This document shows, in pieces, positions 12,180-25,600 of a stretch of DNA of 64,000 bases; the stretch's first letter is position 1, and the number at the start of each line of letters is the position of its first letter. The stretch covers positions 8,207,027 through 8,271,026 of the forward strand of contig MU053652.1 of assembly GCA_013239625.1 (NCBI GenBank), given 5' to 3'. The stretch comes from Lama guanicoe (lineage: Eukaryota). Under the pieces are notes generated by a model, which was given only the letters and a program-made list of their open reading frames with translations, was not told the origin of the DNA and searched no databases. The position numbers were made by a program, and so were the translations under genes.

Positions 12180-13654
12180 AGAATGGTATTTTATTGACAG
12201 TAAAGTTTCCATCACATTCCAAAGTTTAAAACTTCAATCCTGACAATGAGAGCTTTTAAAAATCTCTTAGATGGCACTAGAGGGTCAGTGCTGGTAAGTG
12301 CCCTGGTTGAATCTGTAGATTAGGCAACTCTTCTCGCTTGAAGAGTTTGGAGGGTTTGGATAATGAACCACAAACATAACGATGCTCACTGATTGCCCAT
12401 AGCAAGACGTAGTGACCAACTCCACCAAAGACACTGAGGGGAGGCCACTCTTAGGAAGTGGTCCTCGTGGTGATCGCAGCTGGCAGAGTCTTGATGTCTA
12501 ATGATACTAGCACAGCCAGGACATCTGCTGGAGACAGGATCCGGTCCCAAGCCAGCCTCTTTCATCCCCATGCAGCATTGTGGGACACAGGAAGATGGAG
12601 GCAGAGACTGGAGTGGAAGCCAAGCCACTCCAAGGAAGTGTGATATATAGATAAATATGTGTGGGAGTAAACATATGTAACAGGCAATTCAGAGTTACGT
12701 CAAGTCTATGAATTAATAGGGTGAAAAAAATAGACTAACTTTTCCTTTGAGATACAAAGAGAAACATCTAGCTATGGTATAGGTTTGACTCCCTCTTTTA
12801 TGTAACACCTCTCTCTGGTTGTGATTTTGGTTCCGAAAATTATTTTCCTCTCTATTCTGTATAAGAAATACACACAGGTATTGTTGGAATGCTTGTCACC
12901 TGGACTCGGGACTGTCAGATCCCAACAGGACCGTTCTGTTGCTGGAGCTTGGGGGCAGAGAATGAGTAGGTGTAGATATTCAGCTCCCAAGCAAAGTGTT
13001 ATTTTACCCTCCAGGTCCTTTGGGAACAGAATGTATACTTCTATACTTCTGCTAACACCAAAGTTTAAACCCTCTTTATCCAATAATTTGTAGTTTTCTT
13101 TCTACTTAAGTAGAGAGAAATTTGGGATACGTTTTTCTTACTTAAAACTCATTCCTCCCATTTCTCTACTGGGGTTTTAGTTAAAAAGCCAACCACTCTT
13201 TTCTATTTTGGTAGGTTTGTATCCAGAGCAAGTACACAGTGCTTCTATTTCAACTCTATTTTGAGGGTTTTTTTTTTCAAAAGAAGCATTTTTCAAAGAA
13301 AAATTTTGCCTACTGGAGTAAATGATTTACCAGCCAGGCAAAAGAGCAAGGAAATTGCTCACATTAAGTCTCAGAACATTCAAAGTTCTAGTGTGCCTGT
13401 GGAGTTTAGCTCTCAGAACTTTAGATGGTAGCCTTTGCTGCTCATATACCCAGAGGCTAAAAAGAAGCAGTACCATATATAAGCACATGCATTTCCATTT
13501 CTAAGACTTAAACAGTGATGGACTTTGAAGAATCATGTGAGACATTCATGTTTGGATTCTATCTATAGATAAGAATTCAAATTATTGAGATATGTTGATT
13601 AAAAATTCTTATTTTACAGTATTGACATGAATAGGTACCTCCTCATACAAATAG

Positions 13655-13660
<6 letters not shown>

Positions 13661-13691
<31 letters not shown>
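13661..13691. repeat. (CA)15 microsatellite
   Basis: Seen directly. Confidence 0.95.
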
Positions 13692-13693
<2 letters not shown>

Positions 13694-16039
13694 CACAGCC
13701 TTTTTTCCAGAATTATAATTCCATCACATTATGTGATATACACGATATACACGAAATGTTTTAAATAAAATGTATTGAGTCAGAATCAGTGCTTGGATTG
13801 GCTTCTGTATAACCAGCTAGCAAACTAATAGCCCTCACATAAAAGACAACGACTACTTCAGAAACGCATCTGTATCTAGACTGAGATACTTATTGTGAAT
13901 TTCATTTCGAGAATACTCTCATGAAGGCCATTATTACTTTAAAATCTATATTTGTGCTTTTAAACTGGTTAATCAGAAAATGTTTTCCCATTTCTTCACC
14001 AAAAGTCATAAAAGCTTTGATACAGGGTTTATCAAATATTTACAACCAGAGGATCTTAATACTGAAAAGAACAATTATTGGAATCATCAGAGAACTTTTC
14101 AACAGAATATTATACTACAAAAATGGCAGTAGTTGCAAGGTATAACCATCTCAGTTTGTCCCTAGTGATCCATGTTGGGAATGAACGAGGAAGAATACAG
14201 ACTCAGTCTTGGAAGCAGGAGACAACAACCTGCTTCTTTGCTCTTGATATTGTTTCTTATTTCATTGTAATGAATACATTGCTTCTAAGTGGCAACATTT
14301 TAACTTTTACTTCTTCCTGTGGTCCTGGGTTGTACCTGGGAATAAATAAATCTTCAGAACTAAGAAGAGGAAAGAATGGGAAACATGTTAACATTCTTAT
14401 ATATAAAAGGACGAAAGAGGTGCCAGGACCCCACAATGTAAGTCAGAGAAAGTTATCACTTGAGAGAACATTAGAAAATAGGAGGTGAGCTAACAGTTGG
14501 AATCAGGGAAAACTGAAATTCATGAAGTATGTCTTTACGTTCTTCATGTCTCCTGGCTACGTACACTCATGCTTCCTCCATCTAACGCCCCAGCCCTCTT
14601 AGCCAATCTTTTCCGAGTTCTCCCTTCCTCACTGAGAAGTACCCACTTTGCGCTATCATTTCCTCAGTGCTCTCCAATAGGTAATTTGCCAAATTGCTCT
14701 GTGTTAACAACAACAACAAAAAATATCTAAGCATCAAATACTAAGCAGGGTACTGAGTGTATAAAAATTATCTCAATGCCTGGGCTTCCTTCCAAGTATT
14801 ACGTTTAATAGTGACAGCATTCCCATTAGTTCCTCCAGTAGAGGGGATTTCTGGACAGATTAAAAGGCAAAACTTTGGGAGCTGGCTTGGGAAAAGATAT
14901 CTAAAATCAGGGATGGCTATAATATATTCCTTGGATCATGCTCGACATGTATATCTGCTAATTTTATGTGGCTTTTTTCATGACTTAGACTTTGAGAACA
15001 TAAGAAAATCAGTTGGTTTTATAGTTCTCCAATCATAACCTTTTGTTTCTAAATTAGATTGGGTGTGAAAAACCAGGATTCTCAGGCAGGTTAAAGGAGT
15101 CACAGATTAATAAGAGATTTTTCCATTCTTCAAATGGCTCCTTAATTTCTTATTTGATATTCTCATATAGAAATATTTTTTCTTGATTTTCTCTAAGAAC
15201 ATAATGACCTCAAATACATGGCCTGTACAACTTGACTTCTTCAATAACTACACACACAAACACACACATCCCCAAATGAAGGTAATTTAAGCACTAATAG
15301 GAGCCATGCCTTAGAATTTCAAGATGGCAATAAAAACTTACTTTCAATTTGGCTGAAACTGAGAAAGTTAAAGATGTGTATAAACTGATCATTATAAAGT
15401 TTTGCATTATTGATCATTAGAATTATGCCTTCAAAAATTAAGAATTTGACAGTTTTAGAGGTCAGGGGCTTTATTCACACTCAAACTAATTCAATGAAGA
15501 TATTAACATGATAGCTCTTCGAAAAGAAACATTAATTTCTTTTATAAACATATTAATGGATACTTGCTGTCATTGCTAAAGTAAAATACAAATATTCCTT
15601 TTTGACTATACAGTGACTGCTCTTATTAAATGAACACTTACTCGGCTCTCCAAATGGTGATGTGCAGGACTGGAGGATGATATCTGTTTTTTAGTTCCTT
15701 TGACTTCAGCATCAAGCTTCTCAGAAAAACTTGTACAAGGAACATGAAAGCAACGAAGGTACTCTTTGGAAAGTAGGTACCTAACTCTGATAACCTTCAT
15801 CCAGACAAATGAATATGAAATTTGCATGCCTTCTTAATGCCTTGACTTTGATAACAAGTGTGAAACATTTATGAATACCATTAGATTATTTCACTTTCAG
15901 ACTATTGCTATTTGCTGTTCATTTCAAAGACAACCTAACAGAGACAAACATAGATGCATTTTAGGTTGTTTGGATTTCATCTTTAATTACTTCCTTTTAA
16001 TTTTTACTTGTACTAGATTTTGGTTTAATTAAGAAACTA

Positions 16040-16460
16040 TAGTGGTTGCTGCATTGTGTTTTTCAGATTCCCCTTCCAGGAATGGTGCTAGAGAGATTTA
16101 TCATTTGATAGCTCTCAGTTGAGTCTCTGGGAAATGACCTTAGCCAAAAAAAGCCACTCTTATGAAGGTCACACCTTTTCCCTGAGCTCAGCCTGTATCA
16201 AATGATTGATTGACACATCCAGGTAGGGACATAAAGATGTCCTCCTTACCTAAGTCAGGACAACTCTTAGGGTACCATCCTTCCTCCAGAGGACCCACAT
16301 GATTGGCTGAGCCTTTGTTGTGGCTTCATCCAGTTTAAACCATCCCTCTGCCCAGCCCTTCTTCTTACATGCCCCTATAAACTTTCCTAATAAACTTCCT
16401 GCATGCAAATGTCTGTTTCATGGAGAGCTGACTTTCATGGAGTACATGACTTACGGCAAC
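16040..16460 (+). mobile_element. Solo ERVL LTR (LTR16-like)
   Basis: 'gattggctgagcctttgttg...ccctctgcccagccct...aataaacttcctgcatgcaaat' matches the LTR16-family 3' half including its poly(A) signal. Confidence 0.7.
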
Positions 16461-17179
16461 ATGTATGTTTGAAAATTGTTGTCATCCCTGGACAGCCTGG
16501 ACCAGTATCTTAAAGAGAAAGTTTAGGGTCTGAGATGAGATTGATAGGCAACAATCACAAAAAGTTTTTTCTCCAGAGAGGACATTATAGCTATAGAATC
16601 TAAGAGTTATCAGTCATTAGAAATCTTTCCATGGAATAGCTGAGTTATTGCAAGCAACAGAGTACTATTGAAAAACCACTGGACAGGGGGAAGACAGTTA
16701 CTGTTCCATCCTCCAACCAGCATGGGACCTCGGGCAAGTTGACTTCTTCGTAAGAGACTGGACTGTATTCTTTAAGTTCCCTGTCGATTCCAGGGGTCTA
16801 TGATTTTTTTCCAAGCTTGTGGAAGGGCTACCACTTACGCTTTGCTATTAAAAATTATTAGGACAATACTTTTTTCTTTATAGTTTCAATGAGAATGCCA
16901 GAGGCCACACAACAGGGATGGATGAAAGAGCTGAAGAAATGGACAGTAATCCACTACAGCCAAGATGGTATCCAAGCAGCTGTAATGTCTCTGAAGGACT
17001 GGTGCTCAGGGGAGAACAGTGTGGTGAGACTAGGAAGAGGAGTCTGAGAAGATGCTATGTCTATGAATAGAAAAGCAACTCCCACAAGTGAAAAAAAAAA
17101 ACAAAAATATGAAAGCTTATTCTGTCTTTCCTTTTTCATGGCTCCTCTGTATTATACTGGGTTAATTCCAAATACCCAT

Positions 17180-17830
17180 GAAGACTTCTGCTTTCAGCTG
17201 TGGCGGACTGGCTTGTAGCACAGCAATCATCTTTCCAAGAAAAACTAGAAAAGTGAAAAGCTGGATTAAAACACTCACCTACACACACATCACACATCTT
17301 CTGTTTGAAGACACTGGAGAAATTCTAAGGCAGCAAGGACTTGAGGGCCAGGTTGCTGAAGAGAAGAGAAGGGAAGTGAATGAACACAACATTCTGTGCT
17401 GCTTTTGCCCTCAAATCATTTATCAGTTTATAACTGATGGTTCAGTGGCCAGAAATCTGACAGGAGCTTGGAGACAATAGTATTCAGAGATCATCACAGA
17501 GGAACCTAATGAACAATCTAGGGTTTCAGTTGTGACTCCTAAAGAGTTACCCTTTTATTAGTAAAGACAAATGAGAAACAGAATGGTCCACACAAAGACT
17601 AAACTCAGCTTCAGACTAGCTCACTTTCAACTTCAGACTGGATTAAGGTGAGTTTTCCTTACCCTAACTGCCTACTGGAAGCAAAATGTGTCTAGGAGTT
17701 TTCATACCCTACGTCCAGAATTCGCTTACAATTTTACCAGGCTATAGGAAATAAGAAAACATGACTAATAATAATAAAAAAATACTAGTAAAGGTCTTCA
17801 GAAGTTTCAGATATTGGAGTTACCAAATAC
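17180..17830 (+). mobile_element. Ancient L1M 5' region fragment
   Basis: 'gacttctgctttcagctgtgg...gaaaaactagaaaa...gctggattaaaa' and downstream 'cagatattggagttacca' resemble an old L1M 5' end and ORF1 start. Confidence 0.45.
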
Positions 17831-19539
17831 TCACCTTGTGTTAACCTGTTAGTACCCTAGTTTCTCAGTCTCTCTGGGACCTGTGATATGTTAAAGGTGA
17901 TATGAACTAATTTCACATAATAATTCATGCTAATATATGAAGAGAAATTTTCTGCCACCTCCTTCAACCATTTGTCAGACTTTAATAGTGTTTCAAAGAA
18001 AATAACTAATTAGTAGTAAATCCAAAAAAGATGGTGGGAATTTCAGGCTATGTAGGAGGGAGAAAAAAACATTGATAAGATGGCAAAATGTGAGGGCAAT
18101 ATTTTAGGGGGACCCTCTAATGGCTTTATGTAGGCAGCTACCCAGCTGACCACATGGATGGTAAATTGTTAGCAAGCACAATTAATCACTGGTCCGTATG
18201 ATTTTGTTTCTGTCTGTTCTGCACACTATAGCTGCTATAGACTTTGAGACTCCCTTCTATATTGCATGCAGTTCTGTTGTTTTAAAACTTTGATGAGGTA
18301 TGATGTGCTTTCAGTAAAGCAACTGTAAATCTATCAGACCTGCCACATCTAATATCAAATCCACCAGGGCATGATTGCTGGTGTAAGGAATGCAGATTTC
18401 TCTTGGCTGTGCTCCGATAAAGATAGACCTTGTGTAAGGAATCTTGGAATTTGAAAAGATGAAGAGCACAGGGCTCTTAGTTTGTCTTTTAGTGAAAGGA
18501 GATATAACCTTTCTAGGTACAGGAAAGGAAGTATTTGCTTTTTATTTTTGTGTAAGTTATAGTGTTGAAGGTATAGAAGTTCTTTTGGAAGATTGAATAG
18601 TTGAGCCCAATAGAGTTATTGTTCTGTCAGTATTGACATTACAAATTCCCATCTTTGGGTGTTTATAAAATCCAGTTAGACCTGAAACAAAATACAGGAG
18701 ACGCTAGCCAGCAAGCAATTTCAAAACAAAATTGAGTAATAAACCTTCAATTATTTTTAACTCTGGGCCTTGCAAATCGCTGTACCACCGAACTCCTCTG
18801 GATGTGCCCAACCTCATTTGACCTGGCACTGAAGTCGATTTCTTTCAGACACATTTTTGGTATATATAAGTGTGATAAAATGCTCTTCAGAGGTACTTCA
18901 GTTTGGATAAATGTAGACATTAAACTTCATCACTACTTTTAGGGAATATTACTTTTAAAATAGATTTACTGCTGTCTACTGCTTGAATTAAGCAGTTTTA
19001 GTAAATACTTTATAAGTACTGAACTGCATTTGAGTAAAGTTCAGCATTTTAGAGATTTGAAGTTACAGTCCTAAATCAAGATCTCAACAGGCAATACTCA
19101 GTATGACGCTCCCCACGCTAGCACAGAGGCCTGACAATGAAGGTGCTCACATCCTATTTACTAGCTCAGTCAACCCTGCCTTAATCCAGCATTGCTACCT
19201 AAATGTTGCAGTGTTTTACTGATTTTGTCTAAAAGACGTAGACTAGAAAAGGATGGAGGAGTCAATAGAATGGATATTGAAGAGACAGTAAAGGAAAGAA
19301 CCAGAAAGATACAGTGGGGGGACAGAAGAGATCAGAAGACACAGCTGACCAAGAAGCAGACTCATATTAAGATTTACAATTCAGTGGACATTATGCTGCT
19401 ATAATTATACTCAGGACCACACATTTAGCTGTTAATTATTCATTTATTTAACAAATAATCACTGAACACCTAATAAAAGCCAGAAACTTTTCCCAGTGCT
19501 AGGGATATGGCAGTGAACAAAACAGATAAAAAATTCCTG

Positions 19540-19980
19540 TCCATGACACCAACTGGTGGGTGAATGGATAAGTAAACTGCGGTACATACGTACAAGGGAG
19601 TATCATTCAACCTTCAAAAGGAAGGAAATTCTGACGCATGTTACAACATGGATGAACCTTGAGAATCTTATGCTGCATGAAATAAAGTAGTCACAAGAAG
19701 ACAAATACTGTATGATTCCACTTATACGAGGGACCTAGAGTAGTCAAGCTCATAGGGAGAGAAGGTGGGATGATGACTATCAGGGGCTGAGAGGAGGGGA
19801 ATATGGAGAATTACTGTTTAATGGGCGTAGACTTTCAGTTTTGCAAAATGAAAAGCATCGCTGGAGATGGATGGTGCTTGTACAACAATATTAATGTACT
19901 TAATACCAGTCAACTGCACACTTAAAAATGGTTTAAGAGGGTAAATTTGATGTTTTACTACAATAAAAAAAATTGGAGAA
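19540..19980 (+). mobile_element. L1MB-like 3' end nested in an antisense L2 fragment (about 19440-19540 and 19985-20020)
   Basis: 'gaatggataagtaaactgcggtacatac...ggaaattctgacgcatgttacaacatggatgaaccttgag...gcacacttaaaaatggtttaag' plus A tail; the L2 sequence resumes after the tail. Confidence 0.85.
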
Positions 19981-20582
19981 AAAAAAACCTTCCTGCCCTT
20001 GTAGAGTTTACTGTTTAGTAAACTCATTAACATCTTCATAGGTCATAAACTAGCTGTGGGTCTCAGAAAGATTTTGGTAATGGTTTTCTCTTTTCCATCC
20101 TTCAGGGAGAAATACAGACCAAAAGAGTGTTGATCCTTAAAAGATTCTGAAGAGATGTGTACAAATTTTAGTATTCACGAGTCAATGTAATCCTTTGCTA
20201 CTGACTATTAATGAGTTCTCTTGGATTCTTTTAGGTCTGTCCTGCTGAAAAGGGAACAGTGGGCAGGGGAATCCCAATAGAAAAATCTGTGTGGGGAGGA
20301 CTTACGAAAAAACCAAAGAGGAGAGGGATTCAAACTGCCGAGGCTCACTACCACCCTGATGGGTGCTGTGTCCTTTCTCCCACTGCCTATTACTGAGGTC
20401 TCCTGAGGCCACTGCGAGAACCAAGATCAAAATAAAGAGCCATCGGGGTCCTGACTTGTCATCTTGTAGAATGCTTCTGTGAGGGCCTTTTAAATGCATT
20501 GATCCCAGCTGCCCCGCCCTCAAACCGAACTGTTCCTTATTTTTGACCTGTTCTCATAGGTTTTTATCTTTGAGGATGGGTG

Positions 20583-20728
20583 GTGTTTCTGTGGACCACT
20601 TGTATCAGTTTCATCTGGGCATTAAAAGTGATGGTTCTTGGACCTGCCCAGGCAGAACCCTTGGGATCTGCATTTTTAGCATGCTCCTCAGTTGACTGTG
20701 AAACGTGAATGATTGAGAATCACCACTG
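20583..20728. mobile_element. MER5A-like hAT-Charlie MITE relic
   Basis: 'tgtatcagtttcatctggg...gggatctgcatttttagcatgctcctcagttgact...ttgagaatcac'. Confidence 0.6.
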
Positions 20729-21829
20729 AATGCGGTGTTTTTGAGTATATTTGGGGAACAAAAGAAAACCTTCATTTTCTCTGTCAAATGAAATGGAGGC
20801 TAGGGCTCATGGGTCTAAATTTTACCTGAAGCGTGAATATTACTTTGTACCAGGGAGGTGCACAAGGATCAATTCAGCTCCTGGGAATGATCGCAGCAAG
20901 TCAAGATATTGCCTGGCGAACCAACAACAGCTCATGCCTTAAAAAAGGCTGTATGTTGTTCATGGCAAAGAATTTAGATTGTTTCAAGCTCCCTCTAATA
21001 TTTCTTCCCATGAAAGCAGGTACAAAGTTTTGTTATTTTATCTTTACACCTTCAGAATTTAATGAATACAGGTATAATGACTCCAATAACATGGGACCAC
21101 CGTGTTATTGTAATTCACGGATCCTCACTTATTACCTATTCAAACACATTATACAACCTTGATTGGAAACTTCCTGAAGGCAAACTTATGTGTGATGTTT
21201 TTGGTTACTCCTTTAGCATTTAGCAGAGTAGGGTTTGTATCGTAGGGACTCTACCAGTATTGACTAAGTGACAAGTGTCACAGGGAAAGGGCCCTAGTCC
21301 CATTCTTACTGCTAGTGCAGTGGTTCCTTGGGTGCTCGTCCAACAGAGGACACGGCTAAGAGACAGAATAACCTTCAATCAGAGGACAGTCACGTACCTC
21401 AAGTCCTCATAGCTAAGAGATAGGAAAGAGGTGGAACATTAGCAGCCATGAATCTATCCTGTATCTCAGAGACAGCTCATCCTTCAGAAGCCAAAACATC
21501 CAGAGATCCTCGGGGTTAGGATGAGTGCCCCCTCTGGGGTAGGGCTGAAACTGAATCAAGAGGAAGAAACAATCCTAAACAGCCACATGTTCATCTTCTG
21601 ACTGAGCTTTGGAACTTGCGTAGAACAGCATTCGATCATAGCCCGGATGAGTCTGCCCAGGAACCAAGTCCATGTGCAAGACTCAGCAGTTGTGTGTCCA
21701 GAAGGGTCCATAAAACCAGCCCTTCCTCTAACCAATTCTCCAAGCCTTAACCAACTGCAAGGAAAAATGGCCCCAAAGAGGGAAAAATGTTAAATATTAC
21801 CCAGTGAGACTCTTCAATTAAAATATCTA

Positions 21830-22135
21830 TAGCAAAAGTCAAAAGTCAAAACTCAAATGCCAAGGGAGTCCACATATATTGCGTGTAATTAACCAAACTA
21901 AAAAAAAAGTTTCATAAATAAATAAATAAATAAATAAATTTATTTGTATCATAAATAAGCATTATTCCCAGGAGAAGAGAGGCCCAAATTATCAGGTTTT
22001 CTGAGATTTTTGAGGAGAGCTGGGAATACAGATTTTTTAGTTACTAGTTGGCAACAAATTTAATTTTTAAAAGCACTATATAAGCAAAACAAATAAGGTG
22101 CTAGTATGTCTGGTGATCCACTACCTTGTGACCTT
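21830..22135. mobile_element. Degraded hAT-Charlie-like DNA transposon with an internal (TAAA)n run
   Basis: 'cagattttttagtt...gttggcaacaaatttaatttttaaaa...gcaaaacaaa' resembles MER102/Charlie ends; family uncertain. Confidence 0.35.
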
Positions 22136-22191
22136 CATAAAGAAATAAAATATATTTTAAAAAGTATGCAAACAAGTTTGGAGAGGACAGT

Positions 22192-22580
22192 TGTGCTAGC
22201 TCACTAGGACTGCCATAACAAAATACCGCAGACTAGCTGGCTTAAACAAGGGAAATGTATTTCCTCCTGGTTCTGGAGGACAGAAGTCCAAGATCAAGGT
22301 GTAAGCATCAAGGGCTTCATTCTGACTCCTCTCTCTTTGCTTTGTAGATGTGTGTCTTCTCCCTTTGTCTTCACAAGGTCTTACCTCTGTGCTTGTCTGT
22401 GTTCTAATCTCCTTTTCTTACAAGGATCCTAGTCATATTGGGTGAGGGCCACCCCGCCTCATGTAAGCTCATTCTACCTTAATAACCTCTTTGAAGGCTC
22501 TGTCTCCTAATACAGTCACATTCTGAGGTACTGGGGACTTCAACATATGAATATGGGGAGGGACATGGCAGCCCACAACA
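22192..22580 (-). mobile_element. MaLR solo LTR (MLT1A/B-like)
   Basis: 'aggactgccataacaaaatacc...tggcttaaacaa...ttctggagg...aagtccaagatcaaggtgt...cagtcacattctgaggtactgggg'. Confidence 0.9.
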
Positions 22581-22609
22581 TTAACCTTATACATGAAATA
22601 GTTTCTCTC

Positions 22610-22964
22610 TGTTAAAAGAAAAACTGAAGCATATTAAAATTTTTAAGAGTTTACTTGAGCAAAAATTGATTTGCATACAGTGGTATCAAACTGGAAGCTG
22701 TTAAAGAGCAGTCTACCAACTGGAGCTAGGGTGTAGGTTTATATACAGAAGACAGAGGTAAAGCAAGGAAATTATTTGATTGGCTATAGCTTAAGCCTTT
22801 GCATTATTTGGCAAAGCCTAGTTGGCTGTTTGTGATTGGTTGGTTTTTACTCTTGAGGCATTGACAGGAATTGACTCTGGCTTCAGTTTTGGTTTGTGTA
22901 AGTGGGCTACCAAAGCATCAGAGCCACCTCAGTGTAATGGCCTCCTTATTGGATTGCTTTGACA
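22610..22964 (-). mobile_element. ERV1-class solo LTR
   Basis: TG...CA termini (tgttaaaag...tttgaca), repeated antisense CCAAT boxes ('gattgg'), 'tttatatac' TATA-like motif. Confidence 0.6.
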
Positions 22965-22977
22965 CTTGGTAAGCAAA

Positions 22978-23103
22978 ATGACTGTATATCCTGGTTTGCC
23001 AACATAGTTCCTTCTTATGCATGACATCTTGGCATAAATAGTAAAGATCTGATACCTGCTCTCAAAAGTGTCTTTGTTTGGATGACAAATTTATATAGCC
23101 ACT
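22978..23103 (-). mobile_element. MER94-like hAT-Blackjack MITE
   Basis: 'ctctcaaaagtgtctttgtttggatgacaaatttatatagccac' matches the antisense MER94 end. Confidence 0.7.
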
Positions 23104-25389
23104 TTATTTGCAAGAACCCCATGAAAATTTTTATAAAGGACCCAATAGCCATTTTTCAGCAGATATGAACAAATTATATTCTATTATTAAAGAATGTTAA
23201 TAATTACTGGAGGAGACAGTAAAAATGCATGCTGCAAAATATCAGACTAGTAAAACTCAGTTCCATTCAGTATTTTAATAAATAAAAACAATAACTAAAT
23301 GCAATAAATATTTTCATTTTGATTGTCAGACATGCCCAGCTGCTGTGCAAGATGCTGGGGATAAAGTAATGAATAAAATAATTCTACCCTTTACCCTCCT
23401 GGAGTTTCTGGTACAGCTCACAAAAGACAGATTTGAAGAATACAACCAAAATATATTAAGAAAATATGAGTGAAGATGACGTACAAAAAGACTTATCAAT
23501 AGAAATAATAGAATTTCCTGAAAATAGAGTAAACGAAACAATCAATCATCAAGGGTATAAATGGGGGTGGGGGATGTGCAGAGTGAGACTAGAAATTGAA
23601 GGTATTCTTTGTGACATGAAACAAGTTACAAGCAGAAACAAATTGCCATGTAAAATTATTGAATTTTAGGGAGGAAAAAAGAATCATCTAAGTTTCTGAG
23701 TCTTTAGTAAGGGTTAAATTTTAGGCAAAATTTTATCTGTATAGGTGTAGGTGCATTTTTTTGATTAAAGGATCCAGTGTTTTATCATTTTTCTTAATGA
23801 GATCTCTGACTCCAAAATATTTTTTAAAATATTGTAGTAGAGAGTGTTTTCCACAGTTTTTAGAGTTACTTTTTGAAAGACAAATCTCAAATTGGAAATC
23901 TGTTGAGAACTTTAATATGACCTAGGGGAAAACTCCCTATCTTAAATGTATCCATAGTTTTCCAATTTTTTTATGTTCTCCATGGTCACAGTTTCTTCTC
24001 ACATCCAGCCCCCGTGATGGGGAGATTGTAGGAAATCCTGTCCTGTGTTTTGTGTGTTTGTGAGGACACAGAAGTACATGTGTAGAGCTCATCCCTTCTC
24101 TGTTCTTGTTCCAAACCCTGTGTAAGGCTTCTCTGACACATCTGGCCATCTCCTTCCCCACACTGTGCAGCCACAGGTCAGCCTCACACTGTGATATCTC
24201 TGCCATCCCCCAGGTCTCAGTGCATACTAGGCTGCTGTAGGGAATGGCTATGACAGAATCTTCTAAGGAATTTTAACAACGGAAAGATAACTTGAAATTG
24301 GATATCAAGTATCACTGCTCCGAAGGGCCATTAGCTCTGCCCACCACTTTTTTTTACGAAGACTTCCCAAACCTGTTCCTAAGCTTTTGAGGGCCATGTA
24401 CTTTCCTCTCTTTTATGAACATTTTCCTATTTCATGTCACCTCTCTCTCGTGTCCCTCCCCCAACCCTAGAGCTCTCAATCCTTCCACTTCCCCCAGCTC
24501 AAAATGATGTCTTTGTGAAGATGCATTCCTGTTATTTAGAGAGCAGTTCAGTTAGTCTAAATTCCTACTCTCCTTGCAAAAGAGGCCTGGCTTTGGCGTA
24601 AGTGTTTTCCTAAGCAAAACAGCAGCCTTTAATGCAAAAACAGTGGCCTTTTTTCAAGTCCCAGTTTTCTTTTTTCTGCAGAAATTTAAGTAAACAACAA
24701 CAAAAAAATAGCTTAGAGAACAAGAAATGATCAGACTAACAAAAGAGAAGAATATGGTTGATTATTTTAGCTAATTGTGTTAGTCAATTGTTAACTAATT
24801 TAGTTCATTGTTGGACCAAAAGCAGAGCTTAATTCAAGCTGAGCCCTCTTCCATCCCACTAAAACTGGTCCTTGGATTAGATTAAGAAAGCAGGGGTCAG
24901 AGGGAGCAAGGAGGGAAAGCCAAAAATTGTGAAATACTTCCTCTGTTATAAAAGGGATCAAAGTTGTTGAGTTAGTTTATGAGATGAAATCAATGATTAA
25001 CTTGGAAATAGTTTTTGTGGTTGATTTCATTTGTTTTTCAAACATGTTTTCAAAAATGGTATAATAAATGTTACAAAACTAAATGTTACAAAACTAAAAA
25101 CAAGTCTATATAACAAATACAATCTTAGATAATAGATCCTCTAGACAATAAAGCAAATAAAGAATGACATATGATAGAACTAGCATAGAAATTATTTCTG
25201 TGGATGAGGATGTATAAATCAGTCACCAAAAATAGTACATTGTATGTAAATAAAGAATCAAGTACAGTAATTTGTAATACTATGACATAACACTAAAGTA
25301 AAAACATTAAAAGCAACAGGTTGAATAGGAAACAAGAAAAAAATGAATGTAAGTTTCAAATGGAATTTAAAGCAATCATAGTAGTAACA

Positions 25390-25600
25390 GGCAACATTTA
25401 TTTAGTACTGATTTTATGTACATGTTTTAAGTGCATCTCTTACATATTTAATCCTCATATAAACTCTAGGAGGCATGTATTGTTATTATCTTTGGTTTTC
25501 AGATAATGAGACTGAGACACAGAAAGGCTGGACAGTTTGATCAAGGTCACACAGAAACAGGAGGCCTAAGACTTGAACCCACACTCTCCTCCACAGACCA
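25390..25600 (-). mobile_element. MIR SINE
   Basis: 'tttaatcctcat...ttttcagataatgagactgagacacagaaagg...caaggtcacacag...acttgaaccc'. Confidence 0.85.

Noticed and set aside
14078..14488. 136-aa ORF
   Set aside because: Non-ATG start, no recognisable domain, no splice structure
15606..15827. Minus-strand ORF with a GTAAGT donor near 15640
   Set aside because: No good matching acceptor and no recognisable protein
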